Shown: piece by piece, positions 51,495 through 64,000 of the stretch
Layout: every line of letters starts with the position of its first letter
How positions within the stretch are numbered: the first letter of the stretch is position 1
Notes under the pieces: model-generated
What the model was told of the DNA's origin: nothing
The model's input: only the letters and a program-made list of their open reading frames with translations
The model's database searches: none
Position numbers and translations under genes: made by a program
NCBI GenBank assembly: GCA_951406725.2
Contig: OX597821.1
Span: 27,342,001 to 27,406,000 of the forward strand
DNA: 64,000 bases
DNA from: Octopus vulgaris
Taxonomy: Eukaryota
Reading direction: 5' to 3'

Positions 51495-53312
51495 GGGAGA
51501 AATCACAAAAAGATAAAAGACGAAACATGTGGTGCAAACAACAAACAAATGTGTTAGTTTAACGCTCGAGAAGTGAAAAACTCCTTAACGTTTCGAGCCT
51601 ACACTCTTCCACAGAAAGGAACACAGAAAGAAACAGGGAGATTAAATAAAGAATGTGTAGTGGCTAGAACAGAGGGGACACATATGAGTGCTAAGAATAA
51701 GGGGAGAAAATAAAGTAGTGATGATGCGTGTCTATAAGAAAGCATGTATGTGTGTGTGGAAGAGGGCTGGTGAACTTGACGTGTGCGTGTGACCATGTGT
51801 AGGTGTGTGGGTGCCGGGAAGTGGTCAGTGCTAGTGCGTGCGTGGTGGTGTGATGTGATGATGTGTGGTATGATAGTGTGTGGTGTATGGTGTAGTCTGG
51901 TCGTGATGGGATGTGCGGGAGGCGAGAGTGCGGTATGCAAGGGAATGGGTAGAGATGGGGCATGTGGGAGCAGATATAAGAGATGGGGTGGGACGGGATA
52001 GAATGGATTGGGAAGGTTGAGTTGGAATGTGTAGGGGTGTGGATACGAAGGAGGTTGACGATCAAGGGAGAGGAGGAATGGAGAAGGTGGGTAGGAGAGA
52101 AAGAAGGTAGGTGTGAAGAGAAGAAGGAGTCGGAGCAAGAGAGGAGAGGTGGGTGGGAGGATGTAGGTGCGAGAGGAAGAGAGGAGAGGGGATGAAGGTT
52201 AGATGAAGAGGGGAGGAGAGTTGAGCCCAGGTGGCGCAAAGTAGAGAAGGGAGAAGATTAATTCCTGTTCATGGCGAAGACGGGAGTCCGGTTGACCCCT
52301 GTGCAAGGATTATCCAAACACAGACAGGTGTTGCAAGGAGTGACCGGTAGATAGGAAATAGCGCGAGACCGGGGTGTCATTGCCGAGCCCGAGGTATAGA
52401 GAAGGGCGGATAGAACAGGAGATGTAGTAGATGATGTTGCTAGAAGTGCAGTGAAGGAGTCAGTAATATTATAGGGCCGATGATAGGTGCCTGTGAGGAG
52501 GGTGGTGTTGGCGAGAAAAGGGCAAGTGAAGCAACGTGAGCGGGATCAAGGGAACGATCCGGTTTGGAAGGTTGGCTTAGGGAAGAAGCTGTGGACCAAG
52601 AGATCTAGTAGTTTGTGGACTCGTTTGAAGGATGGGAAGGATCAGTTAGGGAAAATGTGCGAAGTGGAGGATTCGGTCTAGAGTCGCCGGAAGGCTCGGA
52701 GAATGGTTCGTTGGAGATTTATGGTAGTGTGGTGTTAGGTGAGGGGAAATAGGAGACAGGAGACGGCGGGGCGAGTGCGGTGGAGACATCAGATGCTCGG
52801 TGCAAAGAAGTGCTCTGGTAAGAGTGGTGTGGATAATGGTGAGGGGATATCTACGTTGGATAAAGTGACGAGCCATGAGTTGAAACTGAGTCTCAAAGTC
52901 ATGGTCGTCAATGCAGCGCCTGCGCAGACGAAGAAATTGGAAATAGGGGACGGAGAGCTTGGTGCATTTAGGGTGGGTGTAGGAGAAGTTGAGATGTGGG
53001 TTTGTGGGGGATGGATGTGGTGAGTGTGGATCGATGAATGCTGACCGAAACGTCAAGAAATGAGACAGCGGTGTGAGAGATAGTGCAGGTGAAGTGGAAG
53101 GCAGAATGGAAAGATTTGGCAAAAGGAACGAGTCAAGATGTTCGCGGGAGAGTGAGCTCGAATCGATACAGGCGTCAATATAACGACCGTATATAACTCC
53201 CGAGAACTGCTGGTAAAAATCACCCGCAGACGAGAAGCATTTTAGTGAGATGACAAGTTCGGCCAGACGAACGAAAGTCGATGTGTTTGTTGGCGGTTGG
53301 GTCGAAGGTGCA
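51495..53312 (-). mobile_element. 5'-truncated Penelope-like element: RT, GIY-YIG, pyrimidine-rich 3' UTR and terminal HHR-bearing pseudo-LTR
   Basis: RLAELVISLKCFSSAGDFYQQFSGV, YGRYID, HPKCTKLSVPYFQFLRLRR; GIY-YIG remnant 52215-52480; HHR-like motif 51582-51620 on the same strand. Confidence 0.9.
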
Positions 53313-53666
53313 CAAAATATTGAAGGACACACACACACATACACATACAAGCTCTCACACACACAGACACACATATACAAAAATATAATCGTAAATATAC
53401 ATACATGCTTCCGTGTATATACATGGATAATTTTAAACATGCACGTTTCAATTCATCAAGTTATTTTCCTTCTATGAAAATCTATAAAAGCTCAACTTAT
53501 AGTCGACAATACGTGGCAACTTATGCCGAAATTTACGGTATAATAAATGTGCTCAAACCATTTTCTTGAATTGGAAGTTCCATAAAATATGACGAGAAAC
53601 ATATCTAGCAAGAAAATAACCTACAAGAAAAGACAAGGAAATGCATGTTATATATTTTCTATCGCA

Positions 53667-53789
<123 letters not shown>

Positions 53790-53909
53790 TTTTGTGTATG
53801 TGTGTGTGTATGTGTGTAAGTGTGTATATATACAAATTCATATCTATGTATATGCATATTTATATACATACACACACACAAACACACACAGACAAACATA
53901 TATCCATAT

Positions 53910-53950
<41 letters not shown>

Positions 53951-54227
53951 AAGAAATGCGCATATACATATATGAATATATACATACAGACACACACACA
54001 AACACATACACGCGCACAGACACACACACACACACACAAACACACACATATATATACATTCTTGCACTCACACACATGAATGTACATAAAAACACGTACG
54101 AAAGTATGTGTGCATTTTCGTCACGCTTTAGCCAGTTTTAAGGAAGAAATTAGTAGTCGATATACTTAAATTGAATAAAACTTTCCAAAAGTACCTCCAT
54201 ACAATCGTGCACATCACATACACGCAC

Positions 54228-54290
<63 letters not shown>

Positions 54291-54343
54291 TATATATATA
54301 TATGCATTTATATATACATATATATATACGTATATATAAATAT

Positions 54344-54376
<33 letters not shown>

Positions 54377-54401
54377 TGCGTTTATATATACATATATATA
54401 C

Positions 54402-54483
<82 letters not shown>

Positions 54484-55129
54484 TCTGTGTGTGAAAGTAT
54501 ATAACATGAAGTAAAAATCATAAACAGATTAATGCATAAATAAAAAAAAGGAAATAATGATCAAAACAGTAACACCATAACACAGAAAGAAAAATGTTAT
54601 CCAGTTTCCAAAATATATTCAAATATGTTGCGAAAATGTAATAGAAAAGGAAAAAGAAGAACGTAAGCAAAGAACCTAACGCAATATACCTATATAGGGA
54701 AATTTCAAATTCTGCTCGAATTATTGGCGACAAAAAAAAAGCGAAAAAAAAAGCGAAAAAAAGAAAAGAAAAGAAATGCTGAAAAAATATTAAAAACCTT
54801 TTGCTTTATTACCATTATGTATATTTTTATGTGAAGTTTACTACATCAAAATGAAGGAAAAAAGGAGATGCAGTTTCGAATGTGAAGTTTTAACGACGAA
54901 GCAAAAATCAAAATATATATCTGAAATAAAACGTGAAAAAACATTTATATTGATGAGGCTAGCAATACGCGCTCGCACACAAACGCGCACACTCACACAC
55001 AGACACAGACACAGACACAGACACACACACAATTTGTAATAATAATAATAATTATTGTTGTTGTTGTTGATACTGTAGTCGATATCATCATCATCATCGC
55101 CGTCATCATCATCACCATCATTATCATTA

Positions 55130-55422
<293 letters not shown>

Positions 55423-56064
55423 CTTTCATGTAGGCATCGTTCCGAAGTCAATAATGTTCATGCTTATTCTCAGATTTCTGTCGGAGTGATTTTAGTTTTG
55501 ACTGATTGAAAGTCCTGCGAAAACATTATTGTATATACTTTCACGATAAAATGCAAATTTGATGTTGGTGTAATGTATTAGAAATTTACAGGAGGTAGGT
55601 AGACTGCTGAATATTTTCATCTCTCAAATATAACTACATTTTTTTTTGTTTCTCTTTCATTAATGTGTCAGAATGTGATTCATTGAGCTAGCAAGAATAA
55701 ATATATGCAGATGTATGAATGAATGGGTTTATCCATATGAGTGTGTGTGTGTGTGCACGTGTATATGTGTGTGCATGTGTCCGTATTTACGTTAGTGCTC
55801 GTATCTCTATGAAGTTATAGCTATAAATAAAACCAATCATGCTTAGTTAATGTATTTCACTCCATTAACACTAGCCTTGTGTCTTTAAATTAGCCAAGAC
55901 GTTATTTCAGAATGAAAACTCGCGAATTCTGTATACACAAACAATCTCAAAATATTTATGGCTATATACAAGCTCTATACATGCATTTTTATATCTATAC
56001 ATATATGAGTGTGTGTCTAAGTACATATATACAAGGACATGTATGTACACACACATATACAAGC

Positions 56065-56131
<67 letters not shown>

Positions 56132-56161
56132 TACATATATAGATATATATATATGTATATA

Positions 56162-56248
<87 letters not shown>

Positions 56249-57187
56249 TATATACATATATATTATAACCTGTGTGTATATATACATACTTACATACGCA
56301 TATATGTGTTTTTATAGTGAGGAACTGCTGTCCTAAAACCTTTTTCAAGAATTATCCGTACATCTAATTAAAATATCCTGCAAACTTACGGATTATTATT
56401 TTTAATAAGCTGAGAATTATCCGTTTGCTAGAAACAATAAACAAGTCATATTCTATCTTTTAGTATTAGGAAATTAATGAATATCTACCGTTTTTCTATA
56501 TAACGAGATGGAAACTGCAGGAATATTTTACGCAAATTATTTCTGAAATACCTGATCTAGGTAATTATAGTAAAAGTTATTTCACTTTAAAAACTTTTTC
56601 CTTTCTATAAGTATTTCCATTTCAAAATGTTTAAGTACCGAATATTTTGCCGCATCCCAAACAATAAAATCACCATCACTTCAACAATCCGAAATTTACA
56701 TATTTTGCATTATTGAACATTCTCAGTCTCTGTTCTGGATTTCGATGCATTTTCAGTCTTCTAATTTCAAGAGAAACATCAGACAGCATTTACCCTCCAA
56801 TGCATTTTGAATAAAGTTTCTCCCATTGATACAATCAAATTCTTGCCTATCATGAACAACCACAAGCCCGAAATATTACTTTGTACTTTCACTTGCCTTG
56901 ACATATTCCCGTTGCAACCCTTCTTAACATAACATTGAGTATTTACCGATATTTATTCTAGCGATTGTGACGTTCACAACTTTGTACTAGGTCTTTCACA
57001 ATTTTGATCGTAAATTAAACGTACACACGCTTTAATATTTAATCACGTCTAAAGCAGGTCATACTGATTTTCACATGCATTTAAACATCTGTTTAAATGA
57101 AATGCTTACAGAATAACATAACAATTGAGCAATATATGGGTGGATATGTAGTTAATCGTGGATCGGAGAGTAATAATCCAAGTATAA

Positions 57188-57240
<53 letters not shown>

Positions 57241-57250
<10 letters not shown>

Positions 57251-57570
57251 GAAATGAAGAAAATGCTGACAAAATAATTTAAGTAATTGAATTAGGTGAA
57301 AGTTCTTTTTACCGGTTGCGCATTTGTTATGCTTATCAAAAGATATATTTTTAAGAGAGATTAGAGTTCCTTTCTGATAGATTTTTTCCTCTTATCTGGA
57401 AAAGATAAGAGGAAAAAATCTATCAGAAAGGAACTCTAATCTCTCTTTAAAATATATCTTTTGATAAGCATAACAAATGCGCAACCGGTAAAAAGAACTT
57501 TCACCTAATTAAATTGCTTAAATTACTTAAATTATTTTGTCAGCATTTTCTTCGTTTCCTTTTTTATATA
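57241..57570. repeat. Near-perfect ~330-bp palindrome, each arm with a variant HHR-like motif
   Basis: Arms 57241-57397 and 57403-57570 around loop ggaaa; motif TTGATAA gcat-aacaa-atgc GCAA ccg GTA. Confidence 0.9.
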
Positions 57571-57599
57571 TCACAACTCGTGTTCCACATCTCCTTTTT

Positions 57600-57657
<58 letters not shown>

Positions 57658-58815
57658 GAGAGAGACAGACATATATATATATAAACATCCATCCATACTT
57701 TCATAAATACGTACATACATACACATACGTACATTACATACATAGATACATACAAACAAAAATATCCTGTTGTTGATTTTGAAGTTCCAATGAAGGAACT
57801 TTGGATCGAGGTTAGAAAGCGGTTCTTTCTCCACTGGCAAGAAATCTTGAAATAAACTGAATAATGACATACATATTTAGGCGTAGTGAAATTGATGCGT
57901 TAATGTGATAATAAAAAAAACATTTATATATTTACATAAATTAATATGAATGAGCATGTTCGCCGCTTACAGAAGATCCTTCAAAAGACCTTCGAAGATT
58001 TATTTATTATACATTTCATTGGAATATACTTAAAAATTAATCCAGTTAATGACGTAAAATCTTAAGAGTTATGAGTAAGTATGATTTATCGTTCATCGGC
58101 GACCTAGAAAACAATACAGAAATGACGATTGCAGTTTACAGATAAACCTCACTAGACACAGTTATCAATAACTTTAACTATCTCATGTTGAGTGCTAAAA
58201 AGCCTGCAATTTAATTCGGTAATATGAGTGGATTGGTTGTATTCAGTTTAAAATTTCCGTCATGTAATTGTTATTTCCTGTTTTGCTCTCCGATCCACTT
58301 CCATAGAAGTAAATGCTTTTATTTTAATCAGTTTGAAGAAATATATTCTATTACGGAGGCGTAGTAAAATTGCTATGAAAAGTGATACTGCAGAAATAAT
58401 TGTCTAAGAGATGAACGTTAACCGGAATTTTTTTCACAAGTTGTTATCCTTCTTATTTATTACGTTTTTGATTTTGTAAAGTGAAACAGTCACATAAAAC
58501 ATATTTGCTTACTACATTTTGAGGTATATTTCTTAATCCTTCATTTCATATAACCTCACACACACAACACAATGCACAAAATGAAATGTGAGACATTGTA
58601 TCGTTTTTATAGAAATAGAAATTTAAACAAAGTAAACACTTTGTCAAAAGTAGAATCATGACCAGTGTATTTTTAGTGGTTTTGATGTGTGTAGACGAGG
58701 TAAATGGCCAATAACAGACAGATGCAGTATATCACGAGAAGGACACATTCTGTTTCAAATACAGGTCCTTATTCTTCATAGGGAAGCTGTTCTACAACAT
58801 AAATTATTCTCAACA

Positions 58816-58891
<76 letters not shown>

Positions 58892-59039
58892 CATATGTAT
58901 TACTTTCCAGTAAAATAAAGCGCCACCAATATGTATTTAACGATGACATTTTTCGCTTATTTGTTACTCTGTTAACGGCTAAACGTTCAGGCGAGTATGA
59001 TGGCATTGATGTGGCATCATTTGAACTATTTTCTAGGTA

Positions 59040-59112
59040 AATGCAGCTGATGAAGAGTGATCAAACTTACGTTGTCAAACGTATTTGAAGAGTCAGAAAC
59101 CGGTCCTGCATT
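59040..59112 (+). ncRNA. Type I hammerhead ribozyme motif
   Basis: aatgcag CTGATGA [stem II with tcaaa/tttga and tacgtt/aacgta] GAAA ccg GTC ctgcatt; perfect 7-bp stem I; palindromic helix III ACCGGT; base of stem II irregular. Confidence 0.8.
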
Positions 59113-59298
59113 ATCCGATTCTGAGTTGTCCCTTTATAGAATGTTCTTCCTAGAGGTAAGACACATTTTTCATGTTTCTTGCACAGACACGTCTTTGCCA
59201 GTATATACGCTGTGAAGCTTTACAATAGCGTCGTATACATCGTATTTGGTGCCTCACTGTACCACTCATCTGTATTTATACATACATACATACATACA

Positions 59299-59349
<51 letters not shown>

Positions 59350-61183
59350 CGAATAAGTTTATAGCTCTTCGGTGAAAATACATGACCAAAATTTCAAATT
59401 GTACGTGTCCTGTGACCATTTGATGTCTCTTCTACATATGTGACCTTTTACATATTTCCCCACCTATACAACTCCGATAGATGTCCGTGTGATTCATATA
59501 CAGGTGATCATATACTCCTATGCTCCGACGCTTTAACAAATAAATTGTGCTTAGGCCGGGGCTGGTTATTTGTTGACCCTAAAAGTAAGAAATATAAATA
59601 TAACATAGGTAGTATATGTACTGAGGAGCAATAAACAATAAAGATGAATGACTCGAACGAGAGACTTATAATCCATATTACTAAAATATTAAGATCATAG
59701 CCCTTGTAATATATTTGTGTATTTAATTTATGAAGATATGCAGGAATCCGATTATTTATGGGTCAACATTCTCGAAATTCTTTTATTGACACTTTTGAAT
59801 AATTCAACTAAATAGCAATAAATAATGCGCAACCAATATGTATTGAAAGATGAAATTTATCGCTTATTTGTTACTCTACAAAATTTATAAACAGATGCAT
59901 ATACATATATACACACAAGTGTTTCTGTGTGTGTGTATATATATACATATATATATATAAATAGGGAGAGAGAGAGAGAGACAAGCAGGCAGGCAGAGAA
60001 AGAGAGAGAGATATTACATATACACACTCACATGTACGTGTATAGTTACATACTGTCACTATTTGAGTCCTTTGTGCTAAAGAATCATATGAATACGTGT
60101 GTGTTTTTTTTGTGTTTGTATGCGTGTGTATGTGTGTGTGCGCGTGGGTTTTGTGTTTGTGTGTGCATGAATATGTGCATAGGAAGACATGCTTGTATTC
60201 ATATGGATCTGCGTTTCGTGTTGTGTATTAATATTTCAAAATAATGATACAGAAAACAAGTTATTTTTTACAGATTTTTCCCTCATTTGATCTTCAAGCA
60301 TCGACGAAAAGCACTGTCGAAGGCAAAGCAATAAAATAAGCAGAATTTCTGTTAGCAGCTGTAAAGTCTGCTCTAATATATTAAAGGTATTTTGGAATGA
60401 AGGTATTACGAAATGAATATTGACAAGGAAAAAATAATGAACAAAATAAAAGATACAAAAACTTTGAAGTTAACGTTTCTGTCATTGAAATCTGTTTTTT
60501 TTGCTTCTGTTAATCAATAAGAATACAAAGAATCGAATAGCAATACTAAATCGAAAATCTTATAATGCTATTGACGAATTTTGTAATATGGCCACTGGTC
60601 ATGTATACCATTTGGAAAGATATGAAATGTATATGAAATCTTTGAAATATATTTTATTATGAATATCTAACATAGAAAGATATATAAAATAAGCATAAGT
60701 GCTGAGATAGAATTCAGCAGCTAACTATCCAAATCCTGCATTATTCAAAGTACATTTTGCATTATGAAATGTCGATAATCCTGCGTAGAATATGACTATA
60801 CTTTTTTTTAAAAGATCTTCATATGTATACATATCTGAAGGCATACATACATATGCTCTTATGCATTGGCACACCACTTATTTATATATGGTTTTGTTTA
60901 TTCCCATGCTTTATCGTGCAACGAAACATAAAGTTAATCAATAAAGATGTGTATTAGAAGTTTTTGGAGTCTGTTATATATAACTTGCCAGAAGACGTGA
61001 GCTGCTAGCGAAAGAAATATGTATTTTGCTTTCCTGTATTGGCAGATAAAAGTATTGAGACACATTATGAATACAGAAGTGTTCAATAAGCGATAGAAGG
61101 TTTGATCCCTTGAAAATATTAGTTGTAGTTTGAAGAAACAGATTGATTTTAATCTGGCATTTCAGCTAGCAAAAAGTAATTTA

Positions 61184-61255
<72 letters not shown>

Positions 61256-61861
61256 CAATTGCAGCGCGGAAGGTGTTTATAAGCCACTTAAGAAACGCAC
61301 AAAACCGTTAGATTCACTTCAGCATTTAAATTTAATTTGTCAAAATATCTTCCTCGCTTTGTCACTGACAAAACGTCGTACTATGTTATCTATTAGCATT
61401 TTCCTTTTTTACCGAGGTGCGTGATTACTATCTGCATTTATGTATTTTAGGTTTTCATTAAGTTTATGGAAAGTCTGTATTAACCCTGTAGCAATATTCC
61501 AATTTGCATCTAAAAAATTTACATTATAATGTTCATTATATATAGTAGTTTCTAAACCGTAATTTAAAAAAAAATAAACCTATATAATTTCTTTTGAGTT
61601 CTGTCTGTATTCCTTATTGTTTTTATACCAAAATGGTAGCATCATAACTCCACACATGAATATGTTGGTCCACCCAATATGATTTTCAGCACTATAATAT
61701 ATATTATTATTTTTATAATTTGTATTCTTGTCTTATATGTATTGAATTATAAGGTATATATGTATGCTATTAAGATCCTCATTTTGTTAAATGAATAAAT
61801 AATTCAACATTCTAATACCCGAAAGTTGATGAACAAATTAAATTGTTTCTCCATTTTCTTG

Positions 61862-61911
<50 letters not shown>

Positions 61912-61989
61912 GGTAAATTCCAGGATGTTTTGCACTTTTTATAGCAGGAGTTATAACTGAATATAATTACATTATCTTCAATCCAAGAG

Positions 61990-62610
61990 AACTTGAATCT
62001 TCGGTGGCTGGTGAGGAAAGCTGGACTTACTGTTATGATCCAGAGACAAAGAAAAAGAGTATCTCAGATCAACCAGAACCAAGAAAGTTAAACAATGCAT
62101 GACCACCACAAATATTATGCTGATCTTCTATTCCGAGAGCAGCGACATCACATACAAACACTCGGCTTCTTCTGGCAAGACACTCAACAAAGATAAATTT
62201 TTGCATGTTTTGAGTGTAATGTTTAACATATTTCGCTGCCAGAACCACAGTCCTTCCACCCGAATGGGTGGCACCTGCATCATGGCCATGCAATTCTCTT
62301 CCATCCTGGTAACCAACTACTTGACGGAGATGGACAAGAACACTGTCACTCGCCTTCTCACAACTTCAAACTATGCACAATATTATAGGTTTATTCTTGA
62401 AACTGGAGGAGAAAGCTCAGGGAAAGCCGTTTCAAAGACATTGAGAAGGTGATGGATGTTGTGACAAGTTTTCTGTCCATTCTCAGTTCCAGATAGCTGC
62501 TGCGCTTCTATAAGTGCATTAAGTCAGAGGGTCTCACTTAAAAGGAGGTCAGAGTTTTGTGTTTCATTTAAATTAGGGAATCTCGCTTCCGAAGAATTTT
62601 CAACATTTCT
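61990..62610 (+). pseudogene. Decayed mariner transposase
   Basis: ggtgaggaaagctggacttactgttatgatccagagacaaag = GEESWTYCYDPETK (GDE-W-Y-YDPETK motif); downstream SILVTNYLTEM. Confidence 0.75.
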
Positions 62611-62697
62611 GGGATGCATCTTTTACATATATATATATATATATATAGACATGCATTATATACATACAAAAATACCTATATAAAGGTAATATACAAT

Positions 62698-62957
62698 TTA
62701 AAGCCCGTTCATTGCATGTGGCTAACTGATATCATCAACAGGATAGATTGAAGCACCACTGGATTTACTTCAGCAATTTCTTCGTGCCCGTAGTGTTTAC
62801 AGAATACGAGAGACAGAAAAAAAATGGAATTCACAAAACGATTTATTATTCAGTCTGATCATTACGACCCGTGGTCAATCGATGTTTAACGGGTGAAATA
62901 AATAGCCTCGTGAAGTCCATTTTCGGTTTCTCTCTCTAAATTTATACATATATACGT

Positions 62958-62999
<42 letters not shown>

Positions 63000-63340
63000 C
63001 GAAAGAGCATGAAAATAGTTGAAAAGCCTAAATGTTAAATTGAATTACCAGTTACATATATAATGATATATGTTATATGCTGTTTTAAAGCCCGTTCACT
63101 GCATATGACTAACTGGTACCATCAGCAGGATAGATTTAAATGCCACTGGATATTTCGTCAGGAATTCCTTCGTGTCCGTAGGGTTTATAGAATATGAGAG
63201 AAAGAAAAAAAAATGGAATTCACGAGACCATTTATTATTCAGTATGATCATTACGACCCATCGTGAATCGGCGTTTAATGGGTGAAATAAATAGTCTCGC
63301 GAATTTCATTTTCGTTTTCTCCTTTTAAAATTTATACATA
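62698..63340. repeat. ~386-bp tandem duplication, each unit containing a ~130-bp foldback
   Basis: 62698-62950 repeats at 63084-63340; internal arms aaaatggaattcac..ttattca / tgaaataaat..gtgaagtccatttt. Confidence 0.85.
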
Positions 63341-63394
63341 CATAACTACACATACATAAATATAGATACAACCCCCACACAAACACACACATAC

Positions 63395-63483
<89 letters not shown>

Positions 63484-64000
63484 CTAATATCCAAAGAGTA
63501 TAAAAATGGTTTAAAATTCTAAATGCCAACATGGATCCCCAGTTATGCTTTAATCGAGCTTTATAAATGTTGGGCGCCAGCGGTCTGCCTCGGCTGAAAA
63601 ATCATTAATACTTCAATGTTATATTCAAGCTGTCAGAGAAAATTCTGTGCTGGGAATGGAAGTTATTTAAAGTGTGAAACCATTGTTACTTTATAAATAT
63701 ATTTTCTTCTTACTGGTATATCGAGCGGGCTGCTGGCAAATATATTAAACTGGAGGAACCTAGAAATGCGTGTTGCTAAATTGCTATAGCTTAGTGAAAC
63801 TTTCTTCACAAATACAAGAACTGAATATTAAATTTCGAAATGAATTCGAATAGAAAGTCAAACGATAAGGCTTGCTGGTTGTAAAATATAATAATAGAAA
63901 TAAAAATTAAACGATATGGATAGTTGCATAGAAACATTTATATAAGTGCACACACACACACAAACACTGAATGCACACATAGATTGGTGCTGTCTCACCT

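Noticed and set aside
57765-57872. Short repeat with ccaatga...gaaagcggttc
   Set aside because: It has a hammerhead-like layout but several core mismatches, so it cannot be supported from one copy.

Overview
This is a eukaryotic, very AT-rich, microsatellite-laden window with no recognisable intact host gene. Nearly all predicted ORFs are (TA)n/(CA)n translation artefacts. The SINE repertoire and composition suggest a cephalopod, probably Octopus (inference from recalled repeat families, not a search). The window is a transposon graveyard. It holds a decayed Helitron helicase and non-autonomous Helitrons, RTE-, CR1/L2- and HERO-like LINE fragments, Tc1/mariner remnants, MITEs, at least three tRNA-derived SINE families, and four Penelope-like element (PLE) fragments. 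The most striking signal is a set of type I hammerhead-ribozyme (HHR) motifs with palindromic helix III from several unrelated repeat families. Four have a canonical core (7563, 24734, 31326, 59040). Four more copies of one family carry a CUGUNGA core, one of them at the 3' end of a PLE. There is also a U3-A8 variant inside a 330-bp palindrome, and a 361-bp tandem dimer with one decayed HHR per unit (retrozyme-like). All folds were read by eye and none has been computed or assayed.
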